Positions 1 through 10,153 are shown, counted from the first letter of the stretch. The stretch: DNA of 64,000 nucleotides from Thermoplasmata archaeon (GCA_023265395.1 JAHFTX010000009.1:12308-76307), one strand, 5' to 3'. The notes: generated by a model from the letters alone, not told the origin. A program made the numbers and translations.

Positions 1-2
1 GT

Positions 3-3000
3 GACGCGGTGCTCGCCATGATGGTCTACGGGTACGAGGCGATCGTCCTTCGCAACGACGGGGAGGTGGCACGCACCGACCTGACCACCTTCCTGGGGAA
101 CAGCAACCAGACGGCCCTGGAGGTCACCGGTGCGCTCGCACTCGCCACTGGTGTCGGTGGCATCGATGTCGCCGTCATCGGCACCAACGACAGCGTCGAG
201 CTGCTGCGGATCGATGACGCCTCCCTCGACGGGGTGCGCTCGATCCCCATCGATGGTCCGGTGCGCGGAATCGTCACCAACGGCTCCGAGGCCGTCGTCG
301 CGGCTGACAGCGGGCTCTTCGTCCTGTCCCTGCAGACTGGCGCCGTGCTCTGGCGCACCCACGATGGCCCGGTGCGCTCCCCGCTGCTGTGCGACGGTCG
401 CATATTCGCCCTGCTGGACGAGGACATCGTCGCCTACGGCAGCCGCCCCAGCGTCGCGCTCGCTGCCACCACGCCGTTGCAGGTCAGCCACGGGGCGGAG
501 CTCGCCCTCGAAGGGAATCTGACCAGCGGTGACGCCATCGGTTTCCGCTGGAGCAGCGATGTCGATGGCATCCTCACCCAGGGGTCGATGGCCAACAGCA
601 CCGTGCTCGCCTCCCTCTCCGAGGGATTCCACAACGTCACCCTCCAGGCCCAGGATGCCAATTTCAGCTGGTCCGACCCCGCCGACCTAGGTGCACGCAT
701 CCAGGTCGAAGTCCTGCCTCCAGCGCAATGGATCGCACAGGGGCGCGACCACCTGCGCACCAGCGGCGGCGACATCGCTCCGCCGGTGGCAGGGACCATC
801 AAGTGGGTCCACGATGGCGATGCACCGAGCTTCAGCGAGGTCGTGAGCTCCCCCGTCATCGATGGCAACACCATCTACTACAGCGACGCCCTCGATGGGC
901 GGACCTTCGCTGTCGACCGCACCAGCGGTCAGCGACGCTGGGTCTACCAACCAAGCCTCGACAGCGCCTCGGGCAGCCCCACGATCTATCGTGGTGACCT
1001 GATCATCCCCCGCGGGGACACGAAGGTCCACCGGGTCTTCGTCAACGAGTTCGGTGACCCCGAGGAGCGCTGGGCCACCGACCTGCCCACCCCCATCGCC
1101 GGGTCTCCCACCGTGGTGGGCGAACGCGTGTTGGTGACCACCTTCTCCGACCAGGCCATCCAGAATCCCAAGGCCGGAAAGGTGTTCGCGTTGAACACCA
1201 ATGGTCAGATCCTCTGGAATTGGTCCATGGTCGACCCCTCCAAGTCTCCTCGGACGGCCCCGGCGGTCGCCCAGGGGTTGGTCGTGGTGGGCACCGACGA
1301 CGACCAGGTCGTCGCACTCCACCTGCAGAACGGGACGGTGGCATGGCAGACCCCGATCCTTGGGGACTCCTTTGGCTCTCCGCTGATCGCCGAGGGCCTC
1401 GTCTTCATCGGCTCCGACATCGGCCGCTTCTACGCGTTGAACCTCCAAGACGGCGGGATCGCCTGGACCAAGGACCTCCCCTCAGGCGCGCGAATCATCG
1501 CTGCACCTGCCTACGGGAACGGCACCGTCGTCGTGGTCGGCGAGGACGGCGCCGCCTACGCCTGGAACGCCGCCAGCGGCACCGCGCGCTGGAACGTGAC
1601 GCTTCCGCAGGGCTCCGTCACCCAGCCGCTCGTTCTGCGCAACACCGTCATCCTGGCAAGCGTCGGCGGTACCGTCGCGACCTTCGACCTCAGCAACGGC
1701 ACCGCCGGCTGGAGCACGGACATCGGCGGAGGAATCACCGCCAGGGCGATGGCGGCCGCCGATACCGAGATCTACGTCGGATCGAGCAGCCAGCGCCTCG
1801 TCGCGATCGGTCAGAGCCCCGACCTGGCGGTCGTGAGGCTGACGGTCAATCAACCCGTGGTGGTCAAGGCGCCCACGACCATCGAGGTCGACGTCACCAA
1901 CCTCGGGTCGCTCGCGGCGACCGCAGAGCTGTCGGTGCTGCTGGGCGCGACGGAGCTGGAACGCCCCGACGTCTCGGTCGCTCCCGGCGCCCACCAGCTT
2001 TTCGTGATCGACTGGACCCCGCAGGCACCCGGCGACTCCATCATCCGTGCGGAGCTGTTCAACACCTCGCCCACCGACTACCTCCCCGGCAACGATGCGA
2101 TGCAAGTCAGCGTCAGCGTCACCCCTGGGGGATTTGGCTGGCGCATGTTCCGGGGCACCCCTGACCACACCGCCTTCAGCAGCGTACCGACCCCCGCCAA
2201 CAACCAGCTTGGTGTCGGCTACCCGATCGCGTTGTCCGTCCCGACCACTTCCAGCCCCGTGGTGGCAGACGACCTGATCTACATCGGCACCGGGTCGAAG
2301 CTGCAATCGGTCCACGACCCCACCGCCACCCCCTTCGTCTCGCGCGCAACCGCAGGCCTGACCACCACGACCCCGGCGGTGGTCGGAGGCCGGGTGTTCT
2401 TCACCTCCAGCGACAACGTGCTGCATGCCGTCGGCTCCCAGCAGCTCGACTCGTTGTGGGATCTGCCGATGCCCGTCTCGCAGAGCGCACCGACGGTCAG
2501 CGGCTCGCGCCTCTTCATCGGCACCGCCGAGGGCCGGCTGCTTGCGGTCGACACCACCTCTGGTGCGGTGCTGCTCAACATCTCCGTCGGCGAACGAATC
2601 GACAGCACCCCCGCCTACACCAACGGGCTCGTGGTCGTGGGGGCGAAGACGGCTGAGGGTGGAGGGATCATCGCCGCCTACAACTCCACCGGGGCCAAGG
2701 TGTGGCAGTTCACGACCTCCTCACCGGTGAGTGCCTCGGCGGCGATCAGCGACAACGTCGTCTACACCGCCTCCGAGGGGGGCCGGGTCTTCGCCCTCGA
2801 GCTTGTGGGCGACAGCACCGATGACGGCCAGACCGACCCGCCGGAGGCGGTCGGCGTCGACCTGATCTGGAACAGCACTCCCATCGAAGGTGGAGGCATC
2901 CTCAGCTCCCCCGCCGTGGGCGAGGGGCTGGTGGTCCTGGGGGTGGGCACCTCCAACGTCGTCGCGCTGTTCGCGACCGACCCCGAGGAGGGTGGCCAAG

Positions 3001-4775
3001 CCGGCGATGTCGCCTGGAACACCTCCTTGCCCCCTGCGGCGGAGCCGATCGTCTCCTCGCCGGCGATCGGCGGCGGCAAGGTCTACATCGGCGGTGCGGG
3101 GTTCCACGCACTCGACCTGCTCACTGGAGCACGTCTGTGGGACTACACCGCGTTGAGCGACCTGGTCGTCAGCAGCCCGGCGCTGCTCAACAACGCCGTC
3201 TACGTCGCTTCGCGCGATGGGCAGCTGCTCAAGTTCAGCAACCTCACCTACCTGCCACCCACCGCGGTGATCGCGACGACGCCCAGGGGCACCTCCTTCA
3301 CCGCCGGGCTGCCCGTGACCTTCGACGGGAGTGGCTCGACCGATGACGGCGTCATCCGCACCTACACGTGGACCCTCGAGCGAGTCGACTCCAACGCCAG
3401 TCAGCCCCAGCTCCCGAGCACGCCCTCGGTGGCCGTGACCTTTGAAGAGCCGGGGCGCTATCGTCTCATCCTGACGGTGACGGACAATGAGAAGGTCATC
3501 CCGCCGCTGCAGGGGACCACGGAGCTGGAGTTCACCATCCGGGAGGATGCCGCCCCGCTGCTCTCGGCGCTGGCGCTCTCCCCGGCCGATGGGATCATCG
3601 AAGCGGGACAGAACGTCACCGTGACGGTAGTCTACCACGACATCGACAACCAGCTGCCGAGCAGCATCGTGGCGCAGGTTGGCGGCTTCACCGTACCTCT
3701 GCCACCCATCGATGCCGCGGACCTGACCGTCAGCGACAACAACACCCGTTTCAGCGGCGTCATCAGCGGGCTGCCCTCGGGCCGTTTCCCCCTCGATATC
3801 GTCGCCAGCGACGGGGTCAAGGAGGTCACGCTCGCCTCGGCCGTCCCGGTGACCGTGTGGCAGCAGATCGAGATATCGGAAGGGCTCAACCTGCTGGTGC
3901 GCGTCCGCCTGGTCGGTACGGTCGAGGTCCTCGTGGAACCCACCGAGTCGGCCGAGCAGCTGGCGCCGCCGACCGGCCGTGCCGCCGTGACCTACTACAC
4001 CATCCAGCTCGACCCGGTCGCCGAGGTCGTCGAGCTCGGCTACATCGAGGTGCGCTACAACTACACCTCCGTGCTCGATCGCACTGGCCAGTTTGGCCTT
4101 GCCAACGCCAATGCGCTGCGGGTCTACCGCTACGACCGCGTCGGTCTGAGCTGGGTCGGCCCCGACATCGCGCTCGATGACCGCACCAACCACTGGGCGA
4201 TCAGCCGACTGACCCCGACGATACTGGAGGTCAAGGGCAGCGACTACCTGCCCCTGCTCGTCAGTGTCCAGGGCCCTGCCCTGCCGACGGTCGGCCCGCA
4301 ACCGCTCGTCGATCTGCGTGCCGACCGTTCCAGCCATACCATGGTGGTCGGTCAGACGATCACGCTCACCGCACAGGTGCGATGGGACGACAACTCCAAC
4401 CAGACGCCGGTGACCTACCGCTGGTCCGTCGACACCACGCCCCGCAACGTCACGGGCGGAACCTTCGAGTTCTCGAGCAAGAAGCCGGGTGTGTTCACCA
4501 TCCACGTGCGCATCATCGATGCCAACAACCGCACCGCCGACGACGAGCTGACGGTGACCGTCCAGAGTGAGAACACCACGAGCGTGATGGTGCTCGTCGC
4601 CATCCTGGCGGTGGGAGCATTGGTGGTGATCATCCTGCTGCCTGAACGCCCAGAGGACGAGGAGAGCCTCCCCATCAAGCCGGCGCGCACCCGCCTTCCG
4701 ACCGCTGAGGTGGCACCGGAAGCGGCCGCCATCGAGGAGGAGCAGCTCGGCAGCGGCACCGATGCCGAGGAGTGA
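3..4775 (+). CDS. Giant cell-surface protein, 5'-partial: PQQ-like beta-propeller repeats plus PKD/Ig-like domains, C-terminal TM anchor and acidic cytoplasmic tail
   Basis: The frame is open to the window edge. The first in-window start (GTG 9) gives no signal peptide, so the N-terminus probably lies upstream. Many blade-like repeats are present (e.g. GRTFAVDRTSGQRRWVY, VVALHLQNGTVAWQT, FYALNLQDGGIAWTK, LLAVDTTSGAVLL). PKD-like motifs include FDGSGSTDDGVIRTYTWTL and VTYRWSVD. A hydrophobic VMVLVAILAVGALVVIILL segment is followed by a D/E-rich tail. Confidence 0.75.
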   Translation, partial: DAVLAMMVYGYEAIVLRNDGEVARTDLTTFLGNSNQTALEVTGALALATGVGGIDVAVIGTNDSVELLRIDDASLDGVRSIPIDGPVRGIVTNGSEAVVAADSGLFVLSLQTGAVLWRTHDGPVRSPLLCDGRIFALLDEDIVAYGSRPSVALAATTPLQVSHGAELALEGNLTSGDAIGFRWSSDVDGILTQGSMANSTVLASLSEGFHNVTLQAQDANFSWSDPADLGARIQVEVLPPAQWIAQGRDHLRTSGGDIAPPVAGTIKWVHDGDAPSFSEVVSSPVIDGNTIYYSDALDGRTFAVDRTSGQRRWVYQPSLDSASGSPTIYRGDLIIPRGDTKVHRVFVNEFGDPEERWATDLPTPIAGSPTVVGERVLVTTFSDQAIQNPKAGKVFALNTNGQILWNWSMVDPSKSPRTAPAVAQGLVVVGTDDDQVVALHLQNGTVAWQTPILGDSFGSPLIAEGLVFIGSDIGRFYALNLQDGGIAWTKDLPSGARIIAAPAYGNGTVVVVGEDGAAYAWNAASGTARWNVTLPQGSVTQPLVLRNTVILASVGGTVATFDLSNGTAGWSTDIGGGITARAMAAADTEIYVGSSSQRLVAIGQSPDLAVVRLTVNQPVVVKAPTTIEVDVTNLGSLAATAELSVLLGATELERPDVSVAPGAHQLFVIDWTPQAPGDSIIRAELFNTSPTDYLPGNDAMQVSVSVTPGGFGWRMFRGTPDHTAFSSVPTPANNQLGVGYPIALSVPTTSSPVVADDLIYIGTGSKLQSVHDPTATPFVSRATAGLTTTTPAVVGGRVFFTSSDNVLHAVGSQQLDSLWDLPMPVSQSAPTVSGSRLFIGTAEGRLLAVDTTSGAVLLNISVGERIDSTPAYTNGLVVVGAKTAEGGGIIAAYNSTGAKVWQFTTSSPVSASAAISDNVVYTASEGGRVFALELVGDSTDDGQTDPPEAVGVDLIWNSTPIEGGGILSSPAVGEGLVVLGVGTSNVVALFATDPEEGGQAGDVAWNTSLPPAAEPIVSSPAIGGGKVYIGGAGFHALDLLTGARLWDYTALSDLVVSSPALLNNAVYVASRDGQLLKFSNLTYLPPTAVIATTPRGTSFTAGLPVTFDGSGSTDDGVIRTYTWTLERVDSNASQPQLPSTPSVAVTFEEPGRYRLILTVTDNEKVIPPLQGTTELEFTIREDAAPLLSALALSPADGIIEAGQNVTVTVVYHDIDNQLPSSIVAQVGGFTVPLPPIDAADLTVSDNNTRFSGVISGLPSGRFPLDIVASDGVKEVTLASAVPVTVWQQIEISEGLNLLVRVRLVGTVEVLVEPTESAEQLAPPTGRAAVTYYTIQLDPVAEVVELGYIEVRYNYTSVLDRTGQFGLANANALRVYRYDRVGLSWVGPDIALDDRTNHWAISRLTPTILEVKGSDYLPLLVSVQGPALPTVGPQPLVDLRADRSSHTMVVGQTITLTAQVRWDDNSNQTPVTYRWSVDTTPRNVTGGTFEFSSKKPGVFTIHVRIIDANNRTADDELTVTVQSENTTSVMVLVAILAVGALVVIILLPERPEDEESLPIKPARTRLPTAEVAPEAAAIEEEQLGSGTDAEE

Positions 4776-4802
4776 GGCTCAATCCGGGGGCCATCCCGCT
4801 CC

Positions 4803-4810
4803 CTTTAAGG
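4803..4810 (+). promoter_or_regulatory. TATA-like box CTTTAAGG upstream of the 4843 gene
   Basis: This is the only A/T-rich octamer in the 67-nt spacer. It is centred about 36 nt upstream of ATG 4843, implying a roughly 10-nt leader. Confidence 0.35.
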
Positions 4811-4842
4811 TCGGTCGCCCCCGACCAAGAGGCGAGGCAGCC

Positions 4843-7800
4843 ATGGCCAGCGCCATCGCACGCCCGAGCATCGCCAAGGGATCCCGCGCCGAGACCATCG
4901 CATTGCTGGCGCTGTGTGCACTCTTCGTGCTCCCGGTGGCTGATGCCCTGCCGCAGGCACGCATCATCGTCTCATCCGAGTCGGTCTCGCTGACTCTCGC
5001 CGGGGGGAACTTCACCTCCCCTACACCCCTGCCCAGCAGCTGGCCGCTGGGTACGAGCGTGACGTTGATTGGGCAGGTCGTCGACGGCGATCACGTGCCG
5101 CTCTGGCAAGGTGGGGCGCAGAGCAACGCCGCGGTCGACGCTCCAGGGACCATCCTGCGCTATCGCCTCGATGGGGGCCTGTGGCATCAGAGCCGGACGC
5201 TGCACGCGGCAGCACCTCGCCCGGCAGGGGCCTTCCTCCTTCCCATCGATGTGCCGCAGCAGCTTGGCCCGAGCGCGACGCTCCAGGTGGAGTTCCCCGG
5301 GGTGCGCATCGGCACGGCCGGCGCGCTGGTGCAGCTGTACGGTGCCGCCAGCTCCTCGTTGCTGCTGCCCGTCAGTGCGCCCGTGACCATCGCCGTCTCC
5401 CCACCGCCGATGCTGCTGGCAGGGACCACCACGGTGCTGCACGGCACCGTCACCACCACGGCGGGCGCGGCGATCGACAGCGGTGTGACCGCGACGCGCG
5501 ATGGGATCCCTCTGGCACGGCCTACCGGTGCTGGCGTGGCGATCGATGCCATGCGGCTCGATGCAGGGGGCCAGGTCCTGCTCAGCGAGGAGTTCGAGGG
5601 CGCGGCCCTCCCCCCAGGGTGGTCCATCAGCGGCAGCGGGACCCCCTGGTCGGTCGGTTCGATGGCCACCGGCAGCCCGCCGTGCCCGAACGGAGGCTGC
5701 GCCTCTGTCGGTGCGGGTGCGTACGACTATGCCACCCAGGGGTGGCTGACCTCACCTCTGCTCGACCTCAGCGGCGCGCTGCAAGGGCAGCTGGACTTTC
5801 AGCTGCTCGCGGACGTGGGTGCCGACGACCTCCTCGAGGTGCAGTGGAGCAACGACGACGGTGCGACCTGGCCGCTCTCCTCGGTGCTGCCCCATCAGTC
5901 GCACTGGATGACGCTGGCGGTGGCGATCCCCGATGCCACGCCGACCCAACAGTTTGGCACGGTCGCGTTCCTGGGCGAGCCGCAGGTGCGCCTTCGCGTG
6001 CACCTGCTGGTACGCACGCTGCCCTACCCCGTGCATGATGGCGCGTTCGCCATCCCCGTGTCGATCTCCCCCAATTCGACTGCGGGGATGACCACGGTCC
6101 GCATCAGTCATCCCTCCATGGAGGGGCTGGGAGCAGCCGATCTGGTGCTTTCCCCACGGGTGGTCGTCACCCCCCAACTCGACCTCGAGCTCCCGACCGC
6201 CGCTCTGCGAGGCGGGGCGGTGCCCTTGGAGGTCGCAGTCCTCGATGGCACAGCGGCGCCCGTGCTTGGCGGTCCGCCCCTGGTCATCTCGTGGAAGACC
6301 GCTCCGACCAACCCGTACGTGACGGTCGGCACGTTCCCCACACCCGATGGAGAACTCCGCACGGTCCTGTACCTCTCCGCAACCCATCCACTGGGAATCA
6401 CCGTGATCCGTGTCGCCCGCGCCGCAGACGAACACGGCCTCTCTGCCGTCGCCGAGACGATTCTCCGGGTACGAGCAGCCGCCGCGGTCGAGGTCCGCCT
6501 CGATCCGCCCTCGCCCCAAGCGGGCGAGCCGGTCACCATCCTCGGGTCTGTCTGGAGCGCGCCCCCAAGCGGTGGCTCGCGCGAGCCCTTGGTCGACCGG
6601 GCGGTGACCCTGTGGATCGATGGCGTCCAAGAGGCCGTGGCCACCAGCGACTCCTCTGGGCAGGTGCGCTTTGCGCTCCCGGCGACCCCCGCGGGGCTGC
6701 AGCAGGTGCGCATCAGCCTCGACCCGACTCCCGACTACGAGGGCGCGCAGGCCCGCCTCGACCTCAGCGGGTGGGTCGAGCCGACCCTGCAGGTCCGCAC
6801 CACCGTCGATGCGACGGGGCAGACGCTTTGGGTCGAAGGGACGCTCCTGGCGGCGGGGCATCCACTGACGGGTCAGCCACTGCGAATCGCCCTGCCTGCG
6901 TCGACGACCTCGGAGCTCAGTCTCGATGAGCGCGGAGGGTTCTCGGGTTCCTTGCCGCTGCGGGAGGGTTGGCGCGGGAGCGTCATCCCACTCGAAGTCT
7001 CCTTTGCTGGTGCCGCCGGTGTCCGACCGCTCGGGCGCACCATCGAGATCGGCGTCCCGGCGCACGTGCAGCTGGCGATCGAGCCGATGCAAGGTCCCTT
7101 CCACCGCGGCGCGGTCGTCACCCTCCACGGCAGTGCGACGATCCCCGACCTCGAGCTCAGTGACGTTGTCACTGACCATGTGCGCCTCGAGGTGGTCGCC
7201 GCGGGCATCGTCGTCGATGTCCCTATCGTCAGTGGCAGGTTCTCGGTGGCGCTGCTCATCCCCCTCAACGCCACCGGGTTCGTGCCGGTCACCGTCGCGC
7301 TGGCCTCTCATGCCCTCCTGGCTGCAGAACCGACCGGCCTCGACCTTCTCGTGGTGATTCCCACGCGTCTGAGCTGGAGCGTCAGCCCCTCGGCCGCTGC
7401 ACCCGGGGCTGCCGCCTTTGGGGTGGTCCTGCTCAGCGATGACCGCGGCGTCCCGCTGCCGGGGCAGACAGTCCGGCTGGTGCGCGCCGGCGCGCAACAA
7501 CGGGATCTCCTGGCCAGTGGTCGCACCGATGACCACGGTGCACTGCGCCTCGATCAGCCCTTGGCCGTGCCGGTGGGCAGCTCGCAGGTCGAGGCGGTCT
7601 TCGATGGCGATGGCAGCTACCTCGGTAGCGAGGCATCCACACCGATGCTCGTGGGCCCCGCCGCCGCCCAGGCGGGGCCTCCGCCACTGCGTCCCGTCAC
7701 CGTCGCCGGCCTCTCGCTCTCGGCTTCAGCGCTGGTGGCGTTGGTGCTTGCCGAGCCCACAAAGTACTTGTTGGCCAAGATGCTCTTGGTGCCTGTGTTC

Positions 7801-8226
7801 ACCCGCGTCAAGGGCGAGAGTACCCTCGACCATTTCGTCCGCGGGCAGATCTATGGACTGGTGCGCCTCCACCCGGGGGTCCACTACAACCTCATCAAGC
7901 GCAACCTGCGGCTGACCAACGGCCAGCTCGCCCACCACCTGCAGACCCTCGAGCGCGAGGGTTTCATCATCGCCGAGTGGCACGGCCCCTTCAAGCGCTT
8001 CTTCCCCAACGCGGTGACCTACGAGTACCCACTGTTCCTCTCGGCGTTGCAGAAGAGCATCGTCTCCCTGCTGCGCGATGAGCCGGGGCTGAGTCAGAAG
8101 GCGCTGGCACAGCGTCTGGGGAGCTCGACCTCGACGATCAACGACAACATCCGCGCACTCGTCGAGCAGGACCTGGTGCGTCTGGAGCGCTCCGGCAAAC
8201 ACTCGCGCTGCTTCGTCACCGACTGA
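4843..8226 (+). CDS. Membrane-tethered transcriptional regulator: signal peptide, ~900-aa beta-rich ectodomain, one TM, two C-terminal winged-helix HTH domains (COG3398-like)
   Basis: Start set at ATG 4843 (MASAIARPSIAKGSRAETIALLALCALFVLPVADA looks like a signal peptide). One ectodomain segment, EEFEGAALPPGWSISGSGTPWSV...WLTSPLLDLSG...LEVQWSNDDGATW, resembles choice-of-anchor-J/MAM-like domains. The TM VTVAGLSLSASALVALVLA lies at about nt 7696-7758. Then come LVPVFTRVKGESTLDHFVRGQIYGLVRLHPGVHYNLIKRNLRLTNGQLAHHLQTLEREGFI and a second wHTH, IVSLLRDEPGLSQKALAQRLGSSTSTINDNIRALVEQDLV. Confidence 0.75.
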   Translation: MASAIARPSIAKGSRAETIALLALCALFVLPVADALPQARIIVSSESVSLTLAGGNFTSPTPLPSSWPLGTSVTLIGQVVDGDHVPLWQGGAQSNAAVDAPGTILRYRLDGGLWHQSRTLHAAAPRPAGAFLLPIDVPQQLGPSATLQVEFPGVRIGTAGALVQLYGAASSSLLLPVSAPVTIAVSPPPMLLAGTTTVLHGTVTTTAGAAIDSGVTATRDGIPLARPTGAGVAIDAMRLDAGGQVLLSEEFEGAALPPGWSISGSGTPWSVGSMATGSPPCPNGGCASVGAGAYDYATQGWLTSPLLDLSGALQGQLDFQLLADVGADDLLEVQWSNDDGATWPLSSVLPHQSHWMTLAVAIPDATPTQQFGTVAFLGEPQVRLRVHLLVRTLPYPVHDGAFAIPVSISPNSTAGMTTVRISHPSMEGLGAADLVLSPRVVVTPQLDLELPTAALRGGAVPLEVAVLDGTAAPVLGGPPLVISWKTAPTNPYVTVGTFPTPDGELRTVLYLSATHPLGITVIRVARAADEHGLSAVAETILRVRAAAAVEVRLDPPSPQAGEPVTILGSVWSAPPSGGSREPLVDRAVTLWIDGVQEAVATSDSSGQVRFALPATPAGLQQVRISLDPTPDYEGAQARLDLSGWVEPTLQVRTTVDATGQTLWVEGTLLAAGHPLTGQPLRIALPASTTSELSLDERGGFSGSLPLREGWRGSVIPLEVSFAGAAGVRPLGRTIEIGVPAHVQLAIEPMQGPFHRGAVVTLHGSATIPDLELSDVVTDHVRLEVVAAGIVVDVPIVSGRFSVALLIPLNATGFVPVTVALASHALLAAEPTGLDLLVVIPTRLSWSVSPSAAAPGAAAFGVVLLSDDRGVPLPGQTVRLVRAGAQQRDLLASGRTDDHGALRLDQPLAVPVGSSQVEAVFDGDGSYLGSEASTPMLVGPAAAQAGPPPLRPVTVAGLSLSASALVALVLAEPTKYLLAKMLLVPVFTRVKGESTLDHFVRGQIYGLVRLHPGVHYNLIKRNLRLTNGQLAHHLQTLEREGFIIAEWHGPFKRFFPNAVTYEYPLFLSALQKSIVSLLRDEPGLSQKALAQRLGSSTSTINDNIRALVEQDLVRLERSGKHSRCFVTD

Positions 8227-8235
8227 GCGCGAGGT

Positions 8236-9318
8236 TCAGCTGAGTACACTGGCCAGCTTGCCTTTCGATGCTGCCGCGCGCAGCTCCTGGGCGATGCGCC
8301 GGCCCGTCGAGAGGTCGTCGGCGAGGTAGTCGGCATAGGGTGAGCCGGTGGTGTAGAGGTTGGTGCCTGCCACGATCCGGCTGGAGATCTCGAAGACGCG
8401 GAACTCCAGCTTGTCGGTGACGATCGTCTCGAGGCAGAATGGGCCGATCATGCCGCCAAAGAGGTCGAGCGCCGTCTCGACGACTGCCTCGCCCATGGCG
8501 AAGACCTTCGGCAGCAAGCTCTCGCGCAGGACCACGGGGATGTTGCCCGTGACGACGAAGCTGGGATAGATCCCCAGGTCCCGCAGCACCTCCTGGGCAC
8601 CCAGCTTGTACATCTCGTCGACGTTGCTCTCGTCGCGGCGGTCCAGCCCCAGCAGCTGCAGCGTGCCGCGGGAGCAGCGGTAGCCGACGTCGCTCAGCGG
8701 CGAGTAGAAGAAGTGGAGGTAGTAGCGGGTGCCCACGACGTACTCCTGGATCGTGTGGGGCACCTGCGGGTTGACCTTGTAGTACTCGGCCGAGTTCTTG
8801 GCGATGAAGGCCCCACGGCCTCCCTTGGCGCCATGGAGCTTGACGAACACGGGCCGGTCGATCTGTGCCGGGTCAGGCAACAGCCGCGGCATGGGGATGC
8901 CTGCCCGATCGAGCCACTCCCGCTGCCGTGCACGGTCGCTCTCCCACTGCAGCACCTTGCGATTGCCGAAGGTGGGCACCCGCAAGCGCAGGAAGTTGTC
9001 GGCCCCCAGGTACTCGACGATCGAGCCGGTGGGGATCACCACGACATTCTGCGCCCGCAGCTGCTGCTCGAGCCTGAGCAGGTCGGTGTATCGTTCGATG
9101 GAGAGGAATGCATCGGGTGCTGCGCGGGGGAATGCCTCGTAGAAGCGCGGCTGGGGCCCGAGGCAGATCCCCAGGGTCTTGTAGCCCTCCTTGCGCGCCC
9201 CGTGGAAGATCTGCAACGAGGTGTGGGAGCAGACCGTCGCGACCGTCAGGTCGTCGACGTCGTAGCCGCGCAGCAGCTCCTCGATGTCCACGTGCGCGGG
9301 AGCCGGTGCCTCTCCCAT
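8236..9318 (-). CDS. purP: 5-formaminoimidazole-4-carboxamide ribonucleotide (FAICAR) synthetase PurP, ATP-grasp
   Basis: The N-terminus LTVATVCSHTSLQIFHGARKEGYKTLGICLG matches the archaeal PurP signature (xATLGSHTSLxILKGAKxEGF). Start moved to ATG 9318 because a TATA-like box sits 27 nt upstream and the longer ORF extension is R/W/G-rich junk. Confidence 0.85.
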   Translation of the reverse strand: MGEAPAPAHVDIEELLRGYDVDDLTVATVCSHTSLQIFHGARKEGYKTLGICLGPQPRFYEAFPRAAPDAFLSIERYTDLLRLEQQLRAQNVVVIPTGSIVEYLGADNFLRLRVPTFGNRKVLQWESDRARQREWLDRAGIPMPRLLPDPAQIDRPVFVKLHGAKGGRGAFIAKNSAEYYKVNPQVPHTIQEYVVGTRYYLHFFYSPLSDVGYRCSRGTLQLLGLDRRDESNVDEMYKLGAQEVLRDLGIYPSFVVTGNIPVVLRESLLPKVFAMGEAVVETALDLFGGMIGPFCLETIVTDKLEFRVFEISSRIVAGTNLYTTGSPYADYLADDLSTGRRIAQELRAAASKGKLASVLS

Positions 9319-9341
9319 TGGGCCGCAAGGCCCAAGGTCGG

Positions 9342-9349
9342 ATAAAAAG
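9342..9349 (-). promoter_or_regulatory. TATA-like box (minus strand CTTTTTAT) for leaderless purP
   Basis: A/T-rich octamer in GC-rich DNA, centred about 27 nt upstream of ATG 9318. Confidence 0.5.
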
Positions 9350-9361
9350 CGTGCTGCCGCC

Positions 9362-10153
9362 CTACTGGGCGGTGACGCCGATGGGTACCATCCTGCCGCT
9401 GAGCCCCAGCCGATGGCTCTCCAAGGGGCCCAGATAGCGCAGCGGCCCCTCACCATCGCGCGTCGGCGCCTCGAAGATTCCCTCGGGACGGAGCACCTGG
9501 GGCTTGGTCCCGGCCGTCGAATGGGTGCGGCGCAGCTGGGTGCTGATGCCCACGAACAGCTCCCTCTCCTCGGGCAGGTGCTCGAAGAGGAAGTGCCAGA
9601 AGGTCAGGTTCTCCACCACGAAGCTGGCGGCAATCATCCTCTGGCGGTCATGGAGCCAGCAACGGCTGTCGAGGACCTCGTTATAGACCAGGCCTAGGAT
9701 CTCCCCGCTGCGGGTCGTCAGTGGATAGAAGGGGAATATCCGGCAGCTGATCGAGCGGTTGTCGCGCTCGCAGTGGTCGACCCCCTTGCAGACGACGTGG
9801 ATGTTGTAGGGGTCGACCTCGTCGACCATCCGCTGGTCCATCCGCGAGATCGGCACCCAGCGGTGCCACAGGTCGGTGCGGCGCTCCAACAGGCGGAGCT
9901 CCGGCTCATAGGCCACCGGCACCGCCACCGAGTGGTCGCAGCAGAACGGGATCCCCCCGTTGTGCTCCCGGCACTTGGTGCCACAGTCGAAGGGCACGGC
10001 GGGTGAGTGCAGCGTCTGGTAGACCCACTCGACGTCTTCGTCGGTGAGGCTGCGGCCGCTACCGTTGCGTGCGCGCCGACGCCATTGCAGCTGCTCCGAG
10101 AGCGGCGGCAGCCCTCCTGGGCCCACCGGGTCGGGGCGCACCTTGCGTGCCAT
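9362..10153 (-). CDS. YkgJ/UPF0153-type cysteine-cluster (Zn/Fe-S) protein
   Basis: Contains FDCGTKCREHNGGIPFCCDH and a C-terminal CKGVDHCERDNRSISCRIFPFYP, resembling the CxxCxxCC ... C-x-RP-x-x-CRxFP pattern of PF03692. Start set at ATG 10153 (MARKVRPD); the upstream extension has shadow-ORF composition. Confidence 0.6.
   Translation of the reverse strand: MARKVRPDPVGPGGLPPLSEQLQWRRRARNGSGRSLTDEDVEWVYQTLHSPAVPFDCGTKCREHNGGIPFCCDHSVAVPVAYEPELRLLERRTDLWHRWVPISRMDQRMVDEVDPYNIHVVCKGVDHCERDNRSISCRIFPFYPLTTRSGEILGLVYNEVLDSRCWLHDRQRMIAASFVVENLTFWHFLFEHLPEERELFVGISTQLRRTHSTAGTKPQVLRPEGIFEAPTRDGEGPLRYLGPLESHRLGLSGRMVPIGVTAQ

Noticed and set aside
2721-4505. Long antisense ORF (594 aa), and the similar ORFs 687..1448, 1482..2426, 5752..7536, 22885..23991, 24025..25269, 26575..28263, 28510..29577, 39866..40858, 41624..43483 and 47968..49041 on the minus strand
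   Set aside because: All lie opposite strongly supported genes. Their products are R/G/P/A/D-rich with no hydrophobic-core periodicity or recognisable motifs, as expected for stop-poor shadow frames in GC-rich DNA.
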